In this document: one piece after another, positions 1 through 11,017 of the stretch
Layout: every line of letters starts with the position of its first letter
How positions within the stretch are numbered: the stretch's first letter is position 1
Assembly (NCBI GenBank): GCA_963801165.1
Contig: CAWDDT010000013.1
Coordinates: 239,209-303,208 of the forward strand
DNA from: an uncultured bacterium
GTDB taxonomy: Bacteria; Actinomycetota; Acidimicrobiia; Spongiisociales; UBA5794
Direction: 5' to 3'
Length of the DNA: 64,000 nucleotides
Notes under the pieces: model-generated
What the model saw: the letters and a program-made list of their open reading frames with translations, nothing else
What the model was told of the DNA's origin: nothing
The model's database searches: none
Program-made: the position numbers and the translations under genes

Positions 1-2928
1 CGGCAGACGCTGACTGCGCTGCGAAAAGTGGTCCCCGACCATCTGCTCGTCGACGGTGACCAGGTTGGCATCACCGGGGATTACACGATCGACACCCGGC
101 CCATCGAGCCAGACGGTTACCGGGGCGATTTCCTCGCCGGGCTCGAAGTGCCCGATGCCCAGCTGTTCGACGAATGGGTGCAGCGGACCAGGTCGGCGCA
201 CGCCATGGTGGCGGTGTCGGTGTTGGAGACGGCAGCCGCCCGGGCGCTCCAGCAGGGCGACAGCGCGGGTGGTTTGGCCGCGGCGCACCGCATCCTCGAT
301 CTCGAGCCGTGGAACGAGATAGGCCATCGACTGGTGATGCGGCTGCTGGCAGCCGACGACCGGGTCCCGGAGGCGGTGCAGCAATATGACCGGTGTGCCG
401 GGGTCCTCCGTGACGAGCTCGGTGTCGAGCCCTCCGCCGAGACGCAGGCGCTGCTGGCAGCGATCGAGGCTGGTGGGCCCGGCGAGGACGGCAAACCCGA
501 CACTGCGACTCTTCCGATCCCCTCCACTCTCTTGTTCGGACGGGATGCGGAGCTCCAAGAGCTCACTGAAGCACTCTGCCACGGGCCTTCCCGGCTGATC
601 TCGGTCGTCGGCCCGGGCGGCATCGGCAAAACGCGGTTGGCCGCGGCGGTGGCCAACCGGATTCGCAACATAGAGAACGGTGATGTGACGGTGGTGACCC
701 TGGAGGGCACCACCGATCCGGCCCGGGTCGCTCATGAGCTGGCGACGGCGTGCGGGATCATCCTGATGACCGGCCACAACCCGGTGCGTCAGATCACCGA
801 CCGGCTCGCCGAGCGGGACATGTTGATCGTGATCGACAACGCCGAGCAGGTGACGAACGCAGTGGGCGACGTGGCATCGGCGCTGCTGTCTGCCTGCCCG
901 AGGGTGCGCCTGCTGGTGACGAGCCGTGTCGTGCTCAACGTGGCCAGCGAGGAGGTGTTCCGGCTGGGTGGGCTCGCCGTCGACTGCGCCGACCCGGGGC
1001 GGACCTCCCCTGCGGTCGAGCTGTTTGTGGATCGTGCCCGCCGCGTGATTCGCTCCTTCGAGGCCGATGCCACCGTCACCGAGATCTGCCGCATGGTCGG
1101 CGGCATGCCACTGGCCATCGAGCTGGCGGCCCGCCTCGTCTCCGGGCACCGGCCGGAGGAAATCCGGGATGCATTGCTGGAGAGCATCGACATCCTCACC
1201 ACCGACGTGCGGGACGTCCCCGATCGGCAGCGGAGCATGGCGTCGGTGCTCGAGCATTCGTGGGCTCGTCTCGATGACATCGACCGGCGGCTGCTGGCTC
1301 GCCTGAGCGTGTTTCGAGGCGGGTTCGATCGGGCTGCGGCGATGGCCGTCGCCGGAGCGGACCCGGCAGCACTACAGCGGCTGGTGGGACGGACCCTCCT
1401 GGCACTCGGCCGGCACGGCAGGTTCGAGATTCACGAGTTGATCCGTCAGTTTGCGGCCAGAAAGCTGAGCGAGGAAATTGGCGACAGGGAAGATACGTTG
1501 CGGGACTATGCCCGGCACTTCCTGTCGGTGCTGGTGGATGCCGAGGCGGCGCTGGCCGGATCTGATGCCAGGGCCACGACGGCGCGTCTTGTGGCGGACA
1601 TCGACAACATCGACGCGGCCTGGCTGCACGCCGTTGCGCTGGGTGACCATCAGTGGCTGCTACGCGGCTCCCCCGGGCTCTACCGGCTGTGCCAATCCGC
1701 CGGGCGGATGGCGGCCGGCGTCGACCTGTTCGAATGGGCGGCGGGCGCCACCGACCCGGTGCTGGCCGCCAGGGCGTCGGCGTACCAGCTGGCGTTGGCG
1801 TGGCATGAGAGCCCCATCGATATCTGTGCGCAGCGCTACGAGCGGGGGCGGGCGCTGGTAGCGGGCGACACCGAGGAGGAAAAACGATCGCGGGTGATGC
1901 TGGCGTCGGGGTTCGGCCAGGCGCTTACGGAGCAGGCCGGCGACATCGACCGGTCCCGCAACATCTTCACCGAGGCCCTGCGACTTCTCGAGGAGTTCGA
2001 CGACCCGGATCTACAGGCGTTCACGAGAGTGGCGGCGGCCAAGACCGAGACAACCGGCGGCCGTTTCGACGCTGCACTCGCGCTGCTCGACCCGGCGGCA
2101 GATTGGTTCCGCCAGACGGGGAACATTGCAGGTGCTGCCGAGGCGGCCAGCCGGATGGCGATGGCGTATGCCGAGCAATGCCGGGTGGGCCCCGCGCTCG
2201 AGTGGGACATCGCTGCGCTCGAGGCCTTCGACGCCCTCGGCAACCACACCCGGGCGTCGCACAGCGCCGGCAATGTCGGCGCCTCGTATGTGCTGGTGGG
2301 CGATTGGCCCAGGGCAGAGTCGTACACGTTGCGGGCGCTGGCGATGGCCCAAAAAATCGGCGATACGCTGCAGCTCCCCTATCTCGAATGTCAGCTGGCG
2401 GAGGTGAAGGCGGGGGCGGGTGATCGGGCCACGGCCGAGGAGCTCTTCACATCGGGGATCGCCGGGATCAGACGCAACGGTTTCTCACTGGGTCTGCGTC
2501 TCAAGCTGCCCGAATGGGGCCGCTTCCTCGTTGAAGAAAAGCGACATGTCCAAGCCCAGGCGGTGCTCGACGAGGGGCGGGACGTGTGGAAGAGCATCGG
2601 CGGGGAGCATTTCCTGACGACGGTCGAGGCGACCAGAGCCCGGGCGCTGCTCGGCCAGGGACGCGACGACGAGGCAACCGGTGCAGCGCGCCATGTGTGG
2701 CGCAACATCGAACAAGTGCAAGCGAGCGGGTTGCCGTATCCGATCGAGTCGATGGTCGATTGCCTCTACGTCTTCGACGCACTCGGAGACAAGCAGCTGG
2801 CCGCCGATGTGGTGGAGTTGGCCGGCGTGGCGATCCGCCGGGTCCTATCGGAGATCGCCGACCCGCACCTCAGGGAGACCTTCCTGAACCTCGCCGACTG
2901 CCAGGTAGTCCTGAACCGATCCACCTGA
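1..2928 (+). CDS. AfsR/SARP-type regulator (BTAD + NB-ARC-like ATPase + TPR), 5'-truncated by window
   Basis: Frame open from base 1; BTAD signature (LEPWNE..HRLVMRLL..LRDELGVEPS), Walker A GPGGIGKT, Walker B IVIDNAE, GMPLAIELAA, C-terminal TPR-like helices. Confidence 0.9.
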   Translation, partial: RQTLTALRKVVPDHLLVDGDQVGITGDYTIDTRPIEPDGYRGDFLAGLEVPDAQLFDEWVQRTRSAHAMVAVSVLETAAARALQQGDSAGGLAAAHRILDLEPWNEIGHRLVMRLLAADDRVPEAVQQYDRCAGVLRDELGVEPSAETQALLAAIEAGGPGEDGKPDTATLPIPSTLLFGRDAELQELTEALCHGPSRLISVVGPGGIGKTRLAAAVANRIRNIENGDVTVVTLEGTTDPARVAHELATACGIILMTGHNPVRQITDRLAERDMLIVIDNAEQVTNAVGDVASALLSACPRVRLLVTSRVVLNVASEEVFRLGGLAVDCADPGRTSPAVELFVDRARRVIRSFEADATVTEICRMVGGMPLAIELAARLVSGHRPEEIRDALLESIDILTTDVRDVPDRQRSMASVLEHSWARLDDIDRRLLARLSVFRGGFDRAAAMAVAGADPAALQRLVGRTLLALGRHGRFEIHELIRQFAARKLSEEIGDREDTLRDYARHFLSVLVDAEAALAGSDARATTARLVADIDNIDAAWLHAVALGDHQWLLRGSPGLYRLCQSAGRMAAGVDLFEWAAGATDPVLAARASAYQLALAWHESPIDICAQRYERGRALVAGDTEEEKRSRVMLASGFGQALTEQAGDIDRSRNIFTEALRLLEEFDDPDLQAFTRVAAAKTETTGGRFDAALALLDPAADWFRQTGNIAGAAEAASRMAMAYAEQCRVGPALEWDIAALEAFDALGNHTRASHSAGNVGASYVLVGDWPRAESYTLRALAMAQKIGDTLQLPYLECQLAEVKAGAGDRATAEELFTSGIAGIRRNGFSLGLRLKLPEWGRFLVEEKRHVQAQAVLDEGRDVWKSIGGEHFLTTVEATRARALLGQGRDDEATGAARHVWRNIEQVQASGLPYPIESMVDCLYVFDALGDKQLAADVVELAGVAIRRVLSEIADPHLRETFLNLADCQVVLNRST

Positions 2929-2959
2929 TACGCGTCCGGCCACGCCGTTCCCCCGGTAC

Positions 2960-3120
2960 CGGCCCACCCGTCCTTCCCCCCTCGCCCGGGCTTCGCCCGG
3001 TCGATCCCCCCGGAAACGGGGGGATTGCCGGAGCAGAACAACAGCCACCACCGCCCGTCCTTCCCCTCGCCCGGGCTACACCCGGTCGATCCCCCGGGAC
3101 TACTCGAGGGGAGGGTGACA
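2960..3120. repeat. Two imperfect copies of a GC-rich palindromic REP-like unit
   Basis: cccgtccttccc..ctcgcccgggct..cccggtcgatcccc seen near 2967 and 3054. Confidence 0.55.
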
Positions 3121-3193
3121 ACCGGTCGCAACTGCTGTCCCGTCCTCCCGGCCGCGTCGTCGTGTGTCGGGGGTGGGCGATAGGCTCTGGCGC

Positions 3194-4273
3194 ATGGATC
3201 TTCCCGTGAACCCGCCGATCAAGCCGATGCTCGCCAAACCCGTCGAGAAACTCCCGGTGGGCGAAGTGTCCTACGAGATGAAATGGGACGGGTTTCGCTG
3301 CATCGTGTTTCGTGACGGCGACGAGATCGTGCTCGGCTCCCGCAACGAGAAGCCTCTCAACCGCTATTTCCCTGAGATGGAACCGGTGCTGCTCGAAACC
3401 CTGCCGGAGCGCTGTGTCGTCGACGGTGAGCTGTTCGTCAGCATCGACGGCCGGCTCGACTTCGACGCTCTCGGCCAGCGGATCCATCCCGCCGAATCGC
3501 GGGTGAACATGCTCGCAGCAGAGACCCCGGCCGGTTTCGTGGCATTCGATCTGCTCGCCCTCGGCAACGAATCGTATCTCGATAGACCCTTCGGGGAGCG
3601 CCGCGAGGCCCTCGAGGGCATCGCAGGCGGGTTCCGGCCGCCGGTGCACCTCGCCCCCGCCACCGGCGACCCGGAGCTGGCGATGGAGTGGTTCAACACC
3701 ACCGAGGGTGCCGGGTTGGACGGGCTGATCATCAAACCGCTCGGCGACCGGTATGTGTTTGACAAGCGGGTCCAGTTCAAGCTCAAGCACGTCCGCAGCG
3801 CAGATTGCGTCGTCGCCGGATACCGGATGCACAAATCCGGTGACGGGGTCGGTTCGCTGATACTTGGTTTGTATGCGCCGGATGGGCAGCTTTGGCACGT
3901 GGGGGTGGCAGCCAGCTTCACCGCCGCAAGACGCAAGGAGCTGGCCGTCGAGATGGAGCCGCTCGTTCTCGACGACATCGGAGGGCATCCGTGGGCAGGA
4001 TGGATGGACGCCAAAGCCAACGCCGACGGCTCGATGCCCGGAGCGCCGAACCGCTGGAGCGGTGCATCAGGTCGTGACCATTCGTGGATCCCGGTGCGGC
4101 CGGAGCGGGTGGTGGAGGTGCGCTACACGTGGACGACGGCGGGCCGGTTCCGTGGCACAACCAAGATGCTGCGTTGGCGCCCCGACCGCGAGCCCGATTC
4201 CTGCAGCACCAACCAGCTCGCCGATCCCGATCCGATTCCCGCCGATTCCCCGGTGCGCCCCATCGTCGGGTAG
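3194..4273 (+). CDS. ligC: ATP-dependent DNA ligase (LigC type)
   Basis: MDLPVNPPIKPMLAK start, EMKWDGFR adenylation motif, VDGEL, AFDLL, C-terminal RWRPDREPDSC. Confidence 0.9.
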   Translation: MDLPVNPPIKPMLAKPVEKLPVGEVSYEMKWDGFRCIVFRDGDEIVLGSRNEKPLNRYFPEMEPVLLETLPERCVVDGELFVSIDGRLDFDALGQRIHPAESRVNMLAAETPAGFVAFDLLALGNESYLDRPFGERREALEGIAGGFRPPVHLAPATGDPELAMEWFNTTEGAGLDGLIIKPLGDRYVFDKRVQFKLKHVRSADCVVAGYRMHKSGDGVGSLILGLYAPDGQLWHVGVAASFTAARRKELAVEMEPLVLDDIGGHPWAGWMDAKANADGSMPGAPNRWSGASGRDHSWIPVRPERVVEVRYTWTTAGRFRGTTKMLRWRPDREPDSCSTNQLADPDPIPADSPVRPIVG

Positions 4274-4482
4274 CCGCCTCAGCCTCGGTGAGGTTCGAGT
4301 TTCTCCGTGGCCCCGCGCAGATCTCCGGCATATGACGACGTCTTCCGCAGCGGCGAGCGGGGGCGGGGTCTGGCTCACCAGCTGGCGGGATACCCGATGA
4401 GCCATCCGACGTCCCGCGTCGGGAAGCCCCCGTCCCGGAGCTCCTGCGCCGCCGATGGCGTTGCCGACTGGTGTTGGCTCGG

Positions 4483-5242
4483 TCATGTCGCTCCCCCGCT
4501 CGGTCCGAATCGCTCCGTGAGCACACGCTCGGGGCGATGGCCGAGCTTCACCAGGGACGTGGCGACAGTCTCGACAAAGCCGGTGGGGCCGCAGACGCAG
4601 CAGAGCGGATCATCGCCGGCCGGCCAGGCCAGCTCGTCGAGCATTGCTTCGTCGACCCGCCGGCTCGGCCCTTTCCAGCCCGGCGGTTGAGACCGAGTGA
4701 GGGTGTGCACCACGCTGATCCCCGGGTCGTCCCGCGCCAGGGTGTCGAGCTCGTCGCGGTAGATGATGTCGTCGTAGGATCGCGACGAGGCCAGGTAACG
4801 GACTGGCACGTCGCTGCCGGTCGCGACCCGGGCCCTGAGCATCGCCATGAGCGGCACCACCCCGCTGCCCCCTCCGAGAAGCTGAAGCGGCCCGCCCCGG
4901 CCCGGCTCCCACACGAAGTACCCGCCGATCGGTCCCCTCACCTCGATGCGGTCAGCAACGAGCAACCCGTCGATCAGGTAGCCGGACACCTCACCCTCGT
5001 CGACCTGCTCGACCGTGATCGTCAGCCGGTCGCCGTCGGCCGGGGTAGCGATCGAGTAGCTGCGCTGAGCCTGGTAGCCGTCTTCGGCGGTGAGCCGCAG
5101 ATCGAGGTGCTGGCCGGGCCGGTGGCCGGGCCAGCCCGGGCAGTCGAGCACGATGCTGCGCACCCTGGGCGTCTCGTCGATGAAAGCGACAACGGTGGCG
5201 ACGAGCCAGTTCAATCGCCCTCGAATCTCTGCTCCAGCCAAG
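4483..5242 (-). CDS. Ferredoxin reductase-like FAD/NAD-binding oxidoreductase (start approximate)
   Basis: RSYSIA, GEVSGYL, RGPIGG, GGGSGVVP, VCGPTGFV motifs; overlaps upstream Mo-enzyme gene. Confidence 0.88.
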
Positions 5243-5810
5243 GGTCGCCGTGGTTGTGGTAGCCGTACGATTCCCAGAACCCGGGACGGTCGGTGTCCGA
5301 CAAGGTCATGCCCTCGACCCATTTGGCGCTCTTCCAGAAGTACAAGTGCGGGACGAGGAGACGGGCCGGGCCGCCATGCTCCGGCTCGAGCGGCCGGCCC
5401 TCGTAGGCAATGGCGATCATCGCCTTGCCAGCGGCGATGTCGTCACGGTCGAGGTTGGTGGTGTAGCCGCCGGTGCAGTGGAACAGAGCGTGGGTTCCGG
5501 GGAACTCGCCGAGGATGGTGTCGAGCGACACACCTTCCCAGGTGGTGTCGAGCTTGGTCCACTTGGTGACGCAGTGAATGTCGACGGTGATCTTCTGCAT
5601 CGGGAGACTGGTGAACTCCTGCCATGCCCAGCTCGCCTCTTCGCCGTTGCCGCCGGTGATGGAGAAACGCCATTGCTCCTCCCGGATCCGCGGTGTCGGC
5701 CCGGCGGATAGCACCGGAAAGCCCGTCTCCAGGTACTGGCCGGGCGGCACCCGATCCGCCGGCCCCTCTGCCCGACCCCGGCGCCGGAAACCCCGGTTGA
5801 CGATGCTCAT
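5211..5810 (-). CDS. Sulfite oxidase-like molybdopterin-dependent oxidoreductase
   Basis: PPGQY, DIHCVTKW, EHGGPARLLVPHLYFWKSAKW, GFWE..GYH. Confidence 0.9.
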   Translation of the reverse strand: MSIVNRGFRRRGRAEGPADRVPPGQYLETGFPVLSAGPTPRIREEQWRFSITGGNGEEASWAWQEFTSLPMQKITVDIHCVTKWTKLDTTWEGVSLDTILGEFPGTHALFHCTGGYTTNLDRDDIAAGKAMIAIAYEGRPLEPEHGGPARLLVPHLYFWKSAKWVEGMTLSDTDRPGFWESYGYHNHGDPWLEQRFEGD

Positions 5811-6028
5811 GACACACGCCCGGGGAGCCGGCGTTCCGGCTGCGTGCGTTTCGGTCCAATGGTCATCGCGGGTCCCTTCACTGGTGAGTGCGATGCAACG
5901 CTACCGCGGGGTGAGCCGCCGGACGACGGTGGGTGCCGGCCGGGCTGTTCCGGGTGCCCACGCCGCAGAAAACCGTCTAATCGAACAGCGCCGGCTCGCC
6001 GATTTGACCGATACGCCATACTCCTGAC

Positions 6029-6541
6029 GTGAACCGTGAAGAACGCATTGAGAAGGCGCGCCGGATGGCTCGAGAGGGAGCCCCGCCGCGCGAGGATGTC
6101 GCCCGCAAGAGCGCCCACCAGCTCCATCAACGATTGTCGGATGTCGGCGCATCCCAAGCACAACGCCATGTGGCTGCTGCAGAGCAGTCGGGACAAGCCG
6201 TCTATCTCGACCCCGTCGAGACACCTGAGGAGTGGGATCAAGCGGTGGAGCTGGCCCGACTGGTCACCATCTCGAGGGCGAAACGCCGCGACACGATCAG
6301 CTACGGGGAGATCAAGTGGGTGATCCTCACCGAGCTCAGGATGCTCGTCGGCCATTCGATGTTCCCCAACCTGATGGAAGCAGTGAACCAGACGTCAGAC
6401 GGTGTGCTGTTGTCGTCGGTCATCGTCAACAAGGACGACGGCAAGCCCGGTGCTGGCTTCCTTCCGTACGCCAGGAGCCTCGGGTTCGACCTGCCGGTAG
6501 AAGCACTACAACGCCAGGTATACGACCACTTCCGCTCGTAG
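6029..6541 (+). CDS. Hypothetical protein (possible winged-helix-like domain)
   Basis: 170-aa ORF with protein-like composition; ISYGEI...LSSVIVNKDDGKPGAGF pattern. Confidence 0.6.
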   Translation: MNREERIEKARRMAREGAPPREDVARKSAHQLHQRLSDVGASQAQRHVAAAEQSGQAVYLDPVETPEEWDQAVELARLVTISRAKRRDTISYGEIKWVILTELRMLVGHSMFPNLMEAVNQTSDGVLLSSVIVNKDDGKPGAGFLPYARSLGFDLPVEALQRQVYDHFRS

Positions 6542-6589
6542 CGACGGCGGGCCGACCGCGCCCGCAACCTTAATCCGCGTTCTCTCATC

Positions 6590-6700
6590 TCCTCTTCGCC
6601 TTCGCTCCGCCAACGTCAGCGACGCCACTTCTCCCGCAGGGAGAAGGAATTCATCCTCCCCCTGGGAGGATCGACCGGCCCGGAGAGCCAGGTAGAGGAG
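6590..6700. repeat. Dispersed palindromic repeat / possible terminator between convergent genes
   Basis: cttctcccgcagggagaaggaattcatcctccccctgggaggatcgaccggcc resembles 30428-30480 and 33943-33993; two hairpins. Confidence 0.6.
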
Positions 6701-6801
6701 GGCCTTGCGAACAGGTCCAGATTCACAGAAAAGGGTGAAATCAACCTCTCCGTAACCCCTGACGCCCACATCCCGCGGATTGACGCGTAAGGGGACCGTG
6801 C

Positions 6802-9147
6802 CTACCCGAGGGCGCGGTGGAGGAAGGCCGCCATCTGAGCTCTGGTTACGGGAGCGTTGGGACAGAACATGTCGTTGGTTGGCGGGTTGCAGCCCTTGGT
6901 GATCCCGGCCGCGGCTAGCTTGGCGATATCGCCTTCGAACACCGACCCGTCGTCATCGACGAACGAGTTACCGCCACCGTCGTCGGTCAACCCCAACGCC
7001 CGCACCAGGAACGCCGCCATCTGACCCCTGGTCACCACCGCACCCGGGCAGAACATGTCGTTGTCCGGCGGGTTGCAGCCCTTGGTGATACCGGTGTTAC
7101 CCAACCACTGGATATCGGCGGCAAACACCGACCCGGCAGTATCGGTGAAGGTGACCGGCAGGCCCTGCATGATCTTGTCGACGAGCGCCCGATGTAGGAA
7201 CGCCGCCATCTGACCCCTCGTCACCGAATCGCCGGGACAGAACAGGTCGTTGTCCGGCGGATTACAACCCAGGGTGATGCCCTCGGCAGCCAGCCACTCA
7301 ACATCTGCGAAGAAAGTATCGGTGGTCGGCACGTCGTCAAACGTCGGTGTTGTCGGTGTCTCGAACACGTCGGTGACATCGACGGTGACCGTCGCCATGT
7401 CGCTGCTCGAGCCGTTGCTCACCTCGACCGTGAGCGTGTAGGTCGGCGTGGTCTCGTAATCGAGGGCGGCAGCAGTGGTGATCGCACCCGTCGCCGCATC
7501 GATAGCGAAAACACTGCCGGTGTTTCCTGCCGTGAGCGAGTATGCGAGTGTGCCCGACCCGGACGCCGTCACCGTGCCGACCGAAGTCCCAACGGCAACG
7601 TCCTCGGCCACGGTGAAGTTTGCATCGCTGGCGAGCACCGCCGCACCACAGCCCGCCGGCTCGCTGGTGAGCCACGGAGTGAAATCGATGTCGCCGTAGA
7701 CACCATCGCCTGATCCGGTACCGGCACCAGAAGGTCCTGTGGCGCTCCCCCACCAGTTGTTCTCGAAGCTGAGGGTGCTGGATCCGGCTAAGTTGCTTGC
7801 CCCATCGTTGTTGCCGACGATGCAGTTGCCGGTCGATCCGACGAGGGTGACTCCGTCAAAGAACGCGAGTCCGGTCGCGGTCGACCCGACAACCAGGTTG
7901 TTTGTGATCACATTCGGGTGGAGCTGGGTCAACGCGACCGCCTCGACATTGGGCCGAGCGTGGCCGGCGGGATCGACCCCAAACACGTTGTGGTCGATGT
8001 AGAGCCCGGTAGCCCCAACATCGCCGCTGCCATTAATCCCGTAGGTTGCGGATCCGAAGTAGTTGTCCCGGATCTCGTTCCCGTTCGCCAAGGCGCTGAG
8101 ACTCACCTCGACTCCGGTGTTCATGGGTGCCGCCGCTCCTGCCGGGGTGGTGCCGAACACGTTGCCGACAACCTGGTTGTCGATAGCCATGAATGAGGTG
8201 AGGTCGAGCTGCACCCCCGTGTCACCGCCGAAGTAGTTACGTTCGAGATCGTCGGAAACCCCGTCCATGTTGCTTCCCACCAGGTTTCTGACGGCGAGTT
8301 GGCGCATGTACACCGACCCGCCGCCGAGTTGCGTGGCGCCATCGGCGGTGAACCCGAAGTAGTTGCCCGCAATCCAATGGTCGCTGCTGGCTGCGTCGCC
8401 GTTGATGAAGATGGCGTACGTGCCGGTGGTGCCGAAGACGTTGCGTTCGCCCAAGTCGCCGCTGGCGTCGCCGTCGGTACCGATGATCGTATGCGAGGCG
8501 TTACTCTCGAGAACGATCGAGGTGGTGAAATCTCCGGCACCGAGATGGTTCTCGCCCGGTCCGTCGAGAGCGAAATGATTGCACGCGATGTGGTGGCCCG
8601 TCCCTTCGTACAGGTCGATGGCGGGAGTGAAGAAGGTGGAGTCGTCGCTGCCGAAGGCAAAGCCCCGAATGGTCGTGGCGCCTGTGGCGTTGGCAACGTT
8701 GAAAATGATGGCGCTCCCAGAAGTCGGTGCGCTTACGATCTCGATTCGCATGTAGGACGGCTCGGTTGCCGTGGCACACACGTTGGGCTGCGGGGCGTCG
8801 TTCTGCGGCTGGGTGGTCCCGTCGAGGTTCACCGCCTGGGTGATCGTGAGCGGGCCTCCGGTGAGAGTGAGACGGCACACCCCGCCCGGACAGGAGGCTG
8901 CGGGGATATCGAAGTTGATGGTGTCGGTACCAGGGTTGGCATTGGCAGCTGTGACCGCACCACGCAGGCTGCAGTCACCTGCCGCTGCGGTGCATGCGCT
9001 CAACGCCGCGTTGTCGACGACCGTGTCAACCACGTACGACGTTGCCGCTGCCGCAGGAACAGCAGTGGCAACGGTGACAAGAGACGCTACGGCCAGACCC
9101 ACGGCGGCGGCCCAAACAACGATGCGGCGTCGAACGATTGCTGACAT
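6802..9147 (-). CDS. Secreted surface protein: CSLREA-like N-terminus, beta-helix, cadherin-like domain, 3 SLH-like repeats (paralog 1)
   Basis: Signal peptide, DCSLRGAV, repeated GNxFG turns, LDYET cadherin motif, three GITxGCNPP...VTRGQMAAFL repeats. Confidence 0.88.
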   Translation of the reverse strand: MSAIVRRRIVVWAAAVGLAVASLVTVATAVPAAAATSYVVDTVVDNAALSACTAAAGDCSLRGAVTAANANPGTDTINFDIPAASCPGGVCRLTLTGGPLTITQAVNLDGTTQPQNDAPQPNVCATATEPSYMRIEIVSAPTSGSAIIFNVANATGATTIRGFAFGSDDSTFFTPAIDLYEGTGHHIACNHFALDGPGENHLGAGDFTTSIVLESNASHTIIGTDGDASGDLGERNVFGTTGTYAIFINGDAASSDHWIAGNYFGFTADGATQLGGGSVYMRQLAVRNLVGSNMDGVSDDLERNYFGGDTGVQLDLTSFMAIDNQVVGNVFGTTPAGAAAPMNTGVEVSLSALANGNEIRDNYFGSATYGINGSGDVGATGLYIDHNVFGVDPAGHARPNVEAVALTQLHPNVITNNLVVGSTATGLAFFDGVTLVGSTGNCIVGNNDGASNLAGSSTLSFENNWWGSATGPSGAGTGSGDGVYGDIDFTPWLTSEPAGCGAAVLASDANFTVAEDVAVGTSVGTVTASGSGTLAYSLTAGNTGSVFAIDAATGAITTAAALDYETTPTYTLTVEVSNGSSSDMATVTVDVTDVFETPTTPTFDDVPTTDTFFADVEWLAAEGITLGCNPPDNDLFCPGDSVTRGQMAAFLHRALVDKIMQGLPVTFTDTAGSVFAADIQWLGNTGITKGCNPPDNDMFCPGAVVTRGQMAAFLVRALGLTDDGGGNSFVDDDGSVFEGDIAKLAAAGITKGCNPPTNDMFCPNAPVTRAQMAAFLHRALG

Positions 9148-9364
9148 TTCCCTACCTTCGATCCTCGACCTGGCCACTGGGAAGTTAGCCGATGCTGTGA
9201 GCATGTGGAGGGCGAATCAGCCGTGAGGCACGACCCGTTCTGGCGTTGCAGACCGGAATATGTTCCGGTTTGCAACGCCAGAGTGGCGGGGCACGGCTGT
9301 GGCGGCCGGGGTGATCGCCCGCGGCGGCCGAATCGACTCGAGCGCGGTGTCGAAGGGACGGGCG

Positions 9365-10378
9365 CTACGGGGCGGAGACGGCTGTGTGGCCGGCGACCCA
9401 CTCGGCGGTGCGGGCCTCGGCGACGAGGGTTTCGGGATGGCCGGGCAGCAGCGCCGGCCAGACGTGGTACATGTCCGGGGCCACATGGAGGGTGACGTCG
9501 CAACCCCGGGAACGAGCCCGATCCACGAGCCGTGTCGAGTCGTCGAGGATCATCTCCCGCCCACCGGCGAACACGAGCAGCGGCGGGATACCGGTGTAAT
9601 CGCCGTACATGGGTGATGCGTATGGATCCTTCGGGTCATGGTCGCCCAGGTACTCCGTGTTGGCCCGGATCTCACCGAGTGGGAGATAGTCGGTGCCGGC
9701 GTTGGTGACGATCGACCCTGCGGTGTGTTCCAGGTCGGTGTACGGCGAGAACAGGACCGCCCCTGCGGGAAGAGGATGCCCTTCGTCGCGAAGCCGGAGC
9801 AGCAGGGCGAGGCTCAATCCGCCACCGGCGGAATCGCCTGCGACGACGATCTCCTCGGGCCGTACCCCGCGCTCGAGGAGGGCGAGATAGACGGCGAGGG
9901 CATCGTCGAGGGCGGCGGGGAACGGATGCTGCGGCGCCAGGCGATACTCGGGCACGTAGGTCTTGCATCCGATTGCCCAGGTGAGACGGGCCGCCCATCG
10001 TCGGTGGGTAGCGGCGCTCCCGGCCAGATAGCCGCCGCCGTGGAAATAGAGAAGGGTGCAGCGGTTGGTGAGGGTCGTATCGGTGCGCTCATGCCACTCC
10101 CCTGCGACCCCTCCGACCATCTCCGGCCGCACCCGCATCACCGAACGGAGCCGGCGCGGCAGCGACGGGTCGAACCCGGCTTCGAGCTTCGCCCGTGCTC
10201 GACGGTCGGGATGTGCTCGGGTGCTCATGATGAAAGAACGCAGCGCGACCACCCGCAGCTCAACGGTCCAGCTCCATCCAGGCACCGCGGGTCCACGGCG
10301 CAGTCGACGGCCGATGGCGCGAATGACGGCGACGACAACCAGGGCCAGGAGTCGAAGCGTGAGAGCAACCGTCCGCAT
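9365..10378 (-). CDS. Alpha/beta hydrolase (HSL-like esterase)
   Basis: HGGGY oxyanion motif, GDSAGG nucleophile elbow, C-terminal HVW. Confidence 0.9.
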   Translation of the reverse strand: MRTVALTLRLLALVVVAVIRAIGRRLRRGPAVPGWSWTVELRVVALRSFIMSTRAHPDRRARAKLEAGFDPSLPRRLRSVMRVRPEMVGGVAGEWHERTDTTLTNRCTLLYFHGGGYLAGSAATHRRWAARLTWAIGCKTYVPEYRLAPQHPFPAALDDALAVYLALLERGVRPEEIVVAGDSAGGGLSLALLLRLRDEGHPLPAGAVLFSPYTDLEHTAGSIVTNAGTDYLPLGEIRANTEYLGDHDPKDPYASPMYGDYTGIPPLLVFAGGREMILDDSTRLVDRARSRGCDVTLHVAPDMYHVWPALLPGHPETLVAEARTAEWVAGHTAVSAP

Positions 10379-10501
10379 CGTTCCAAGTTACTGCAGTCCG
10401 GCTGCATCGAAACCACGTGCGTACTTTGCTAGCGCCGCCGGGGGTCCAGACAACGAATCGGGCGTCACAGCGACAGCGGCGAGCGCGTTACGTTGGTGGT
10501 T

Positions 10502-10990
10502 ATGACTGCATCCGACACCGACCTCGAGATGATCCGTCGTGCCATCGCCCTCGCTGCTTCGGCCCGCAGCAACGGCAACCATCCCTTCGGCGCATTGCTC
10601 ACGAACGACCAAGGCGAAGTGATCGCCGAGGCCGAGAACACGGTGGTGACCGACCGTGACATCACCGGCCATGCCGAGACCAACCTGGTCAGGATCGCCT
10701 GGAGCCGCTACCCGGAAGACGTGCTGGCGAAAGCAACCCTGTACACCAGCACCGAGCCGTGTGCGATGTGCTCCGGCGCCATCTACTGGGCCGGGATCCC
10801 CCGGGTCGTCTACGGGCTGCCGGAGACTGCGCTCGCCGCGATGACCGGGGACGACCCGAACAATCCCACGCTCGTGCTTTCATCCGAGTTGGTTCTCAAT
10901 TCCGGCACGCGAAAGGTGGAAGTGGTTGGCCCCCTCCTCGCCGAAGAGGCAGCCAAAGTGCACGCCGGGTTCTGGAGGGCCGAAGTCTGA
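10502..10990 (+). CDS. Nucleoside/nucleobase deaminase (CDA fold)
   Basis: PFGA, HAE and EPCAMC zinc motifs. Confidence 0.9.
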   Translation: MTASDTDLEMIRRAIALAASARSNGNHPFGALLTNDQGEVIAEAENTVVTDRDITGHAETNLVRIAWSRYPEDVLAKATLYTSTEPCAMCSGAIYWAGIPRVVYGLPETALAAMTGDDPNNPTLVLSSELVLNSGTRKVEVVGPLLAEEAAKVHAGFWRAEV

Positions 10991-11017
10991 TCGCGGCCGG
11001 TGTTTCGGCGGCGCCGG

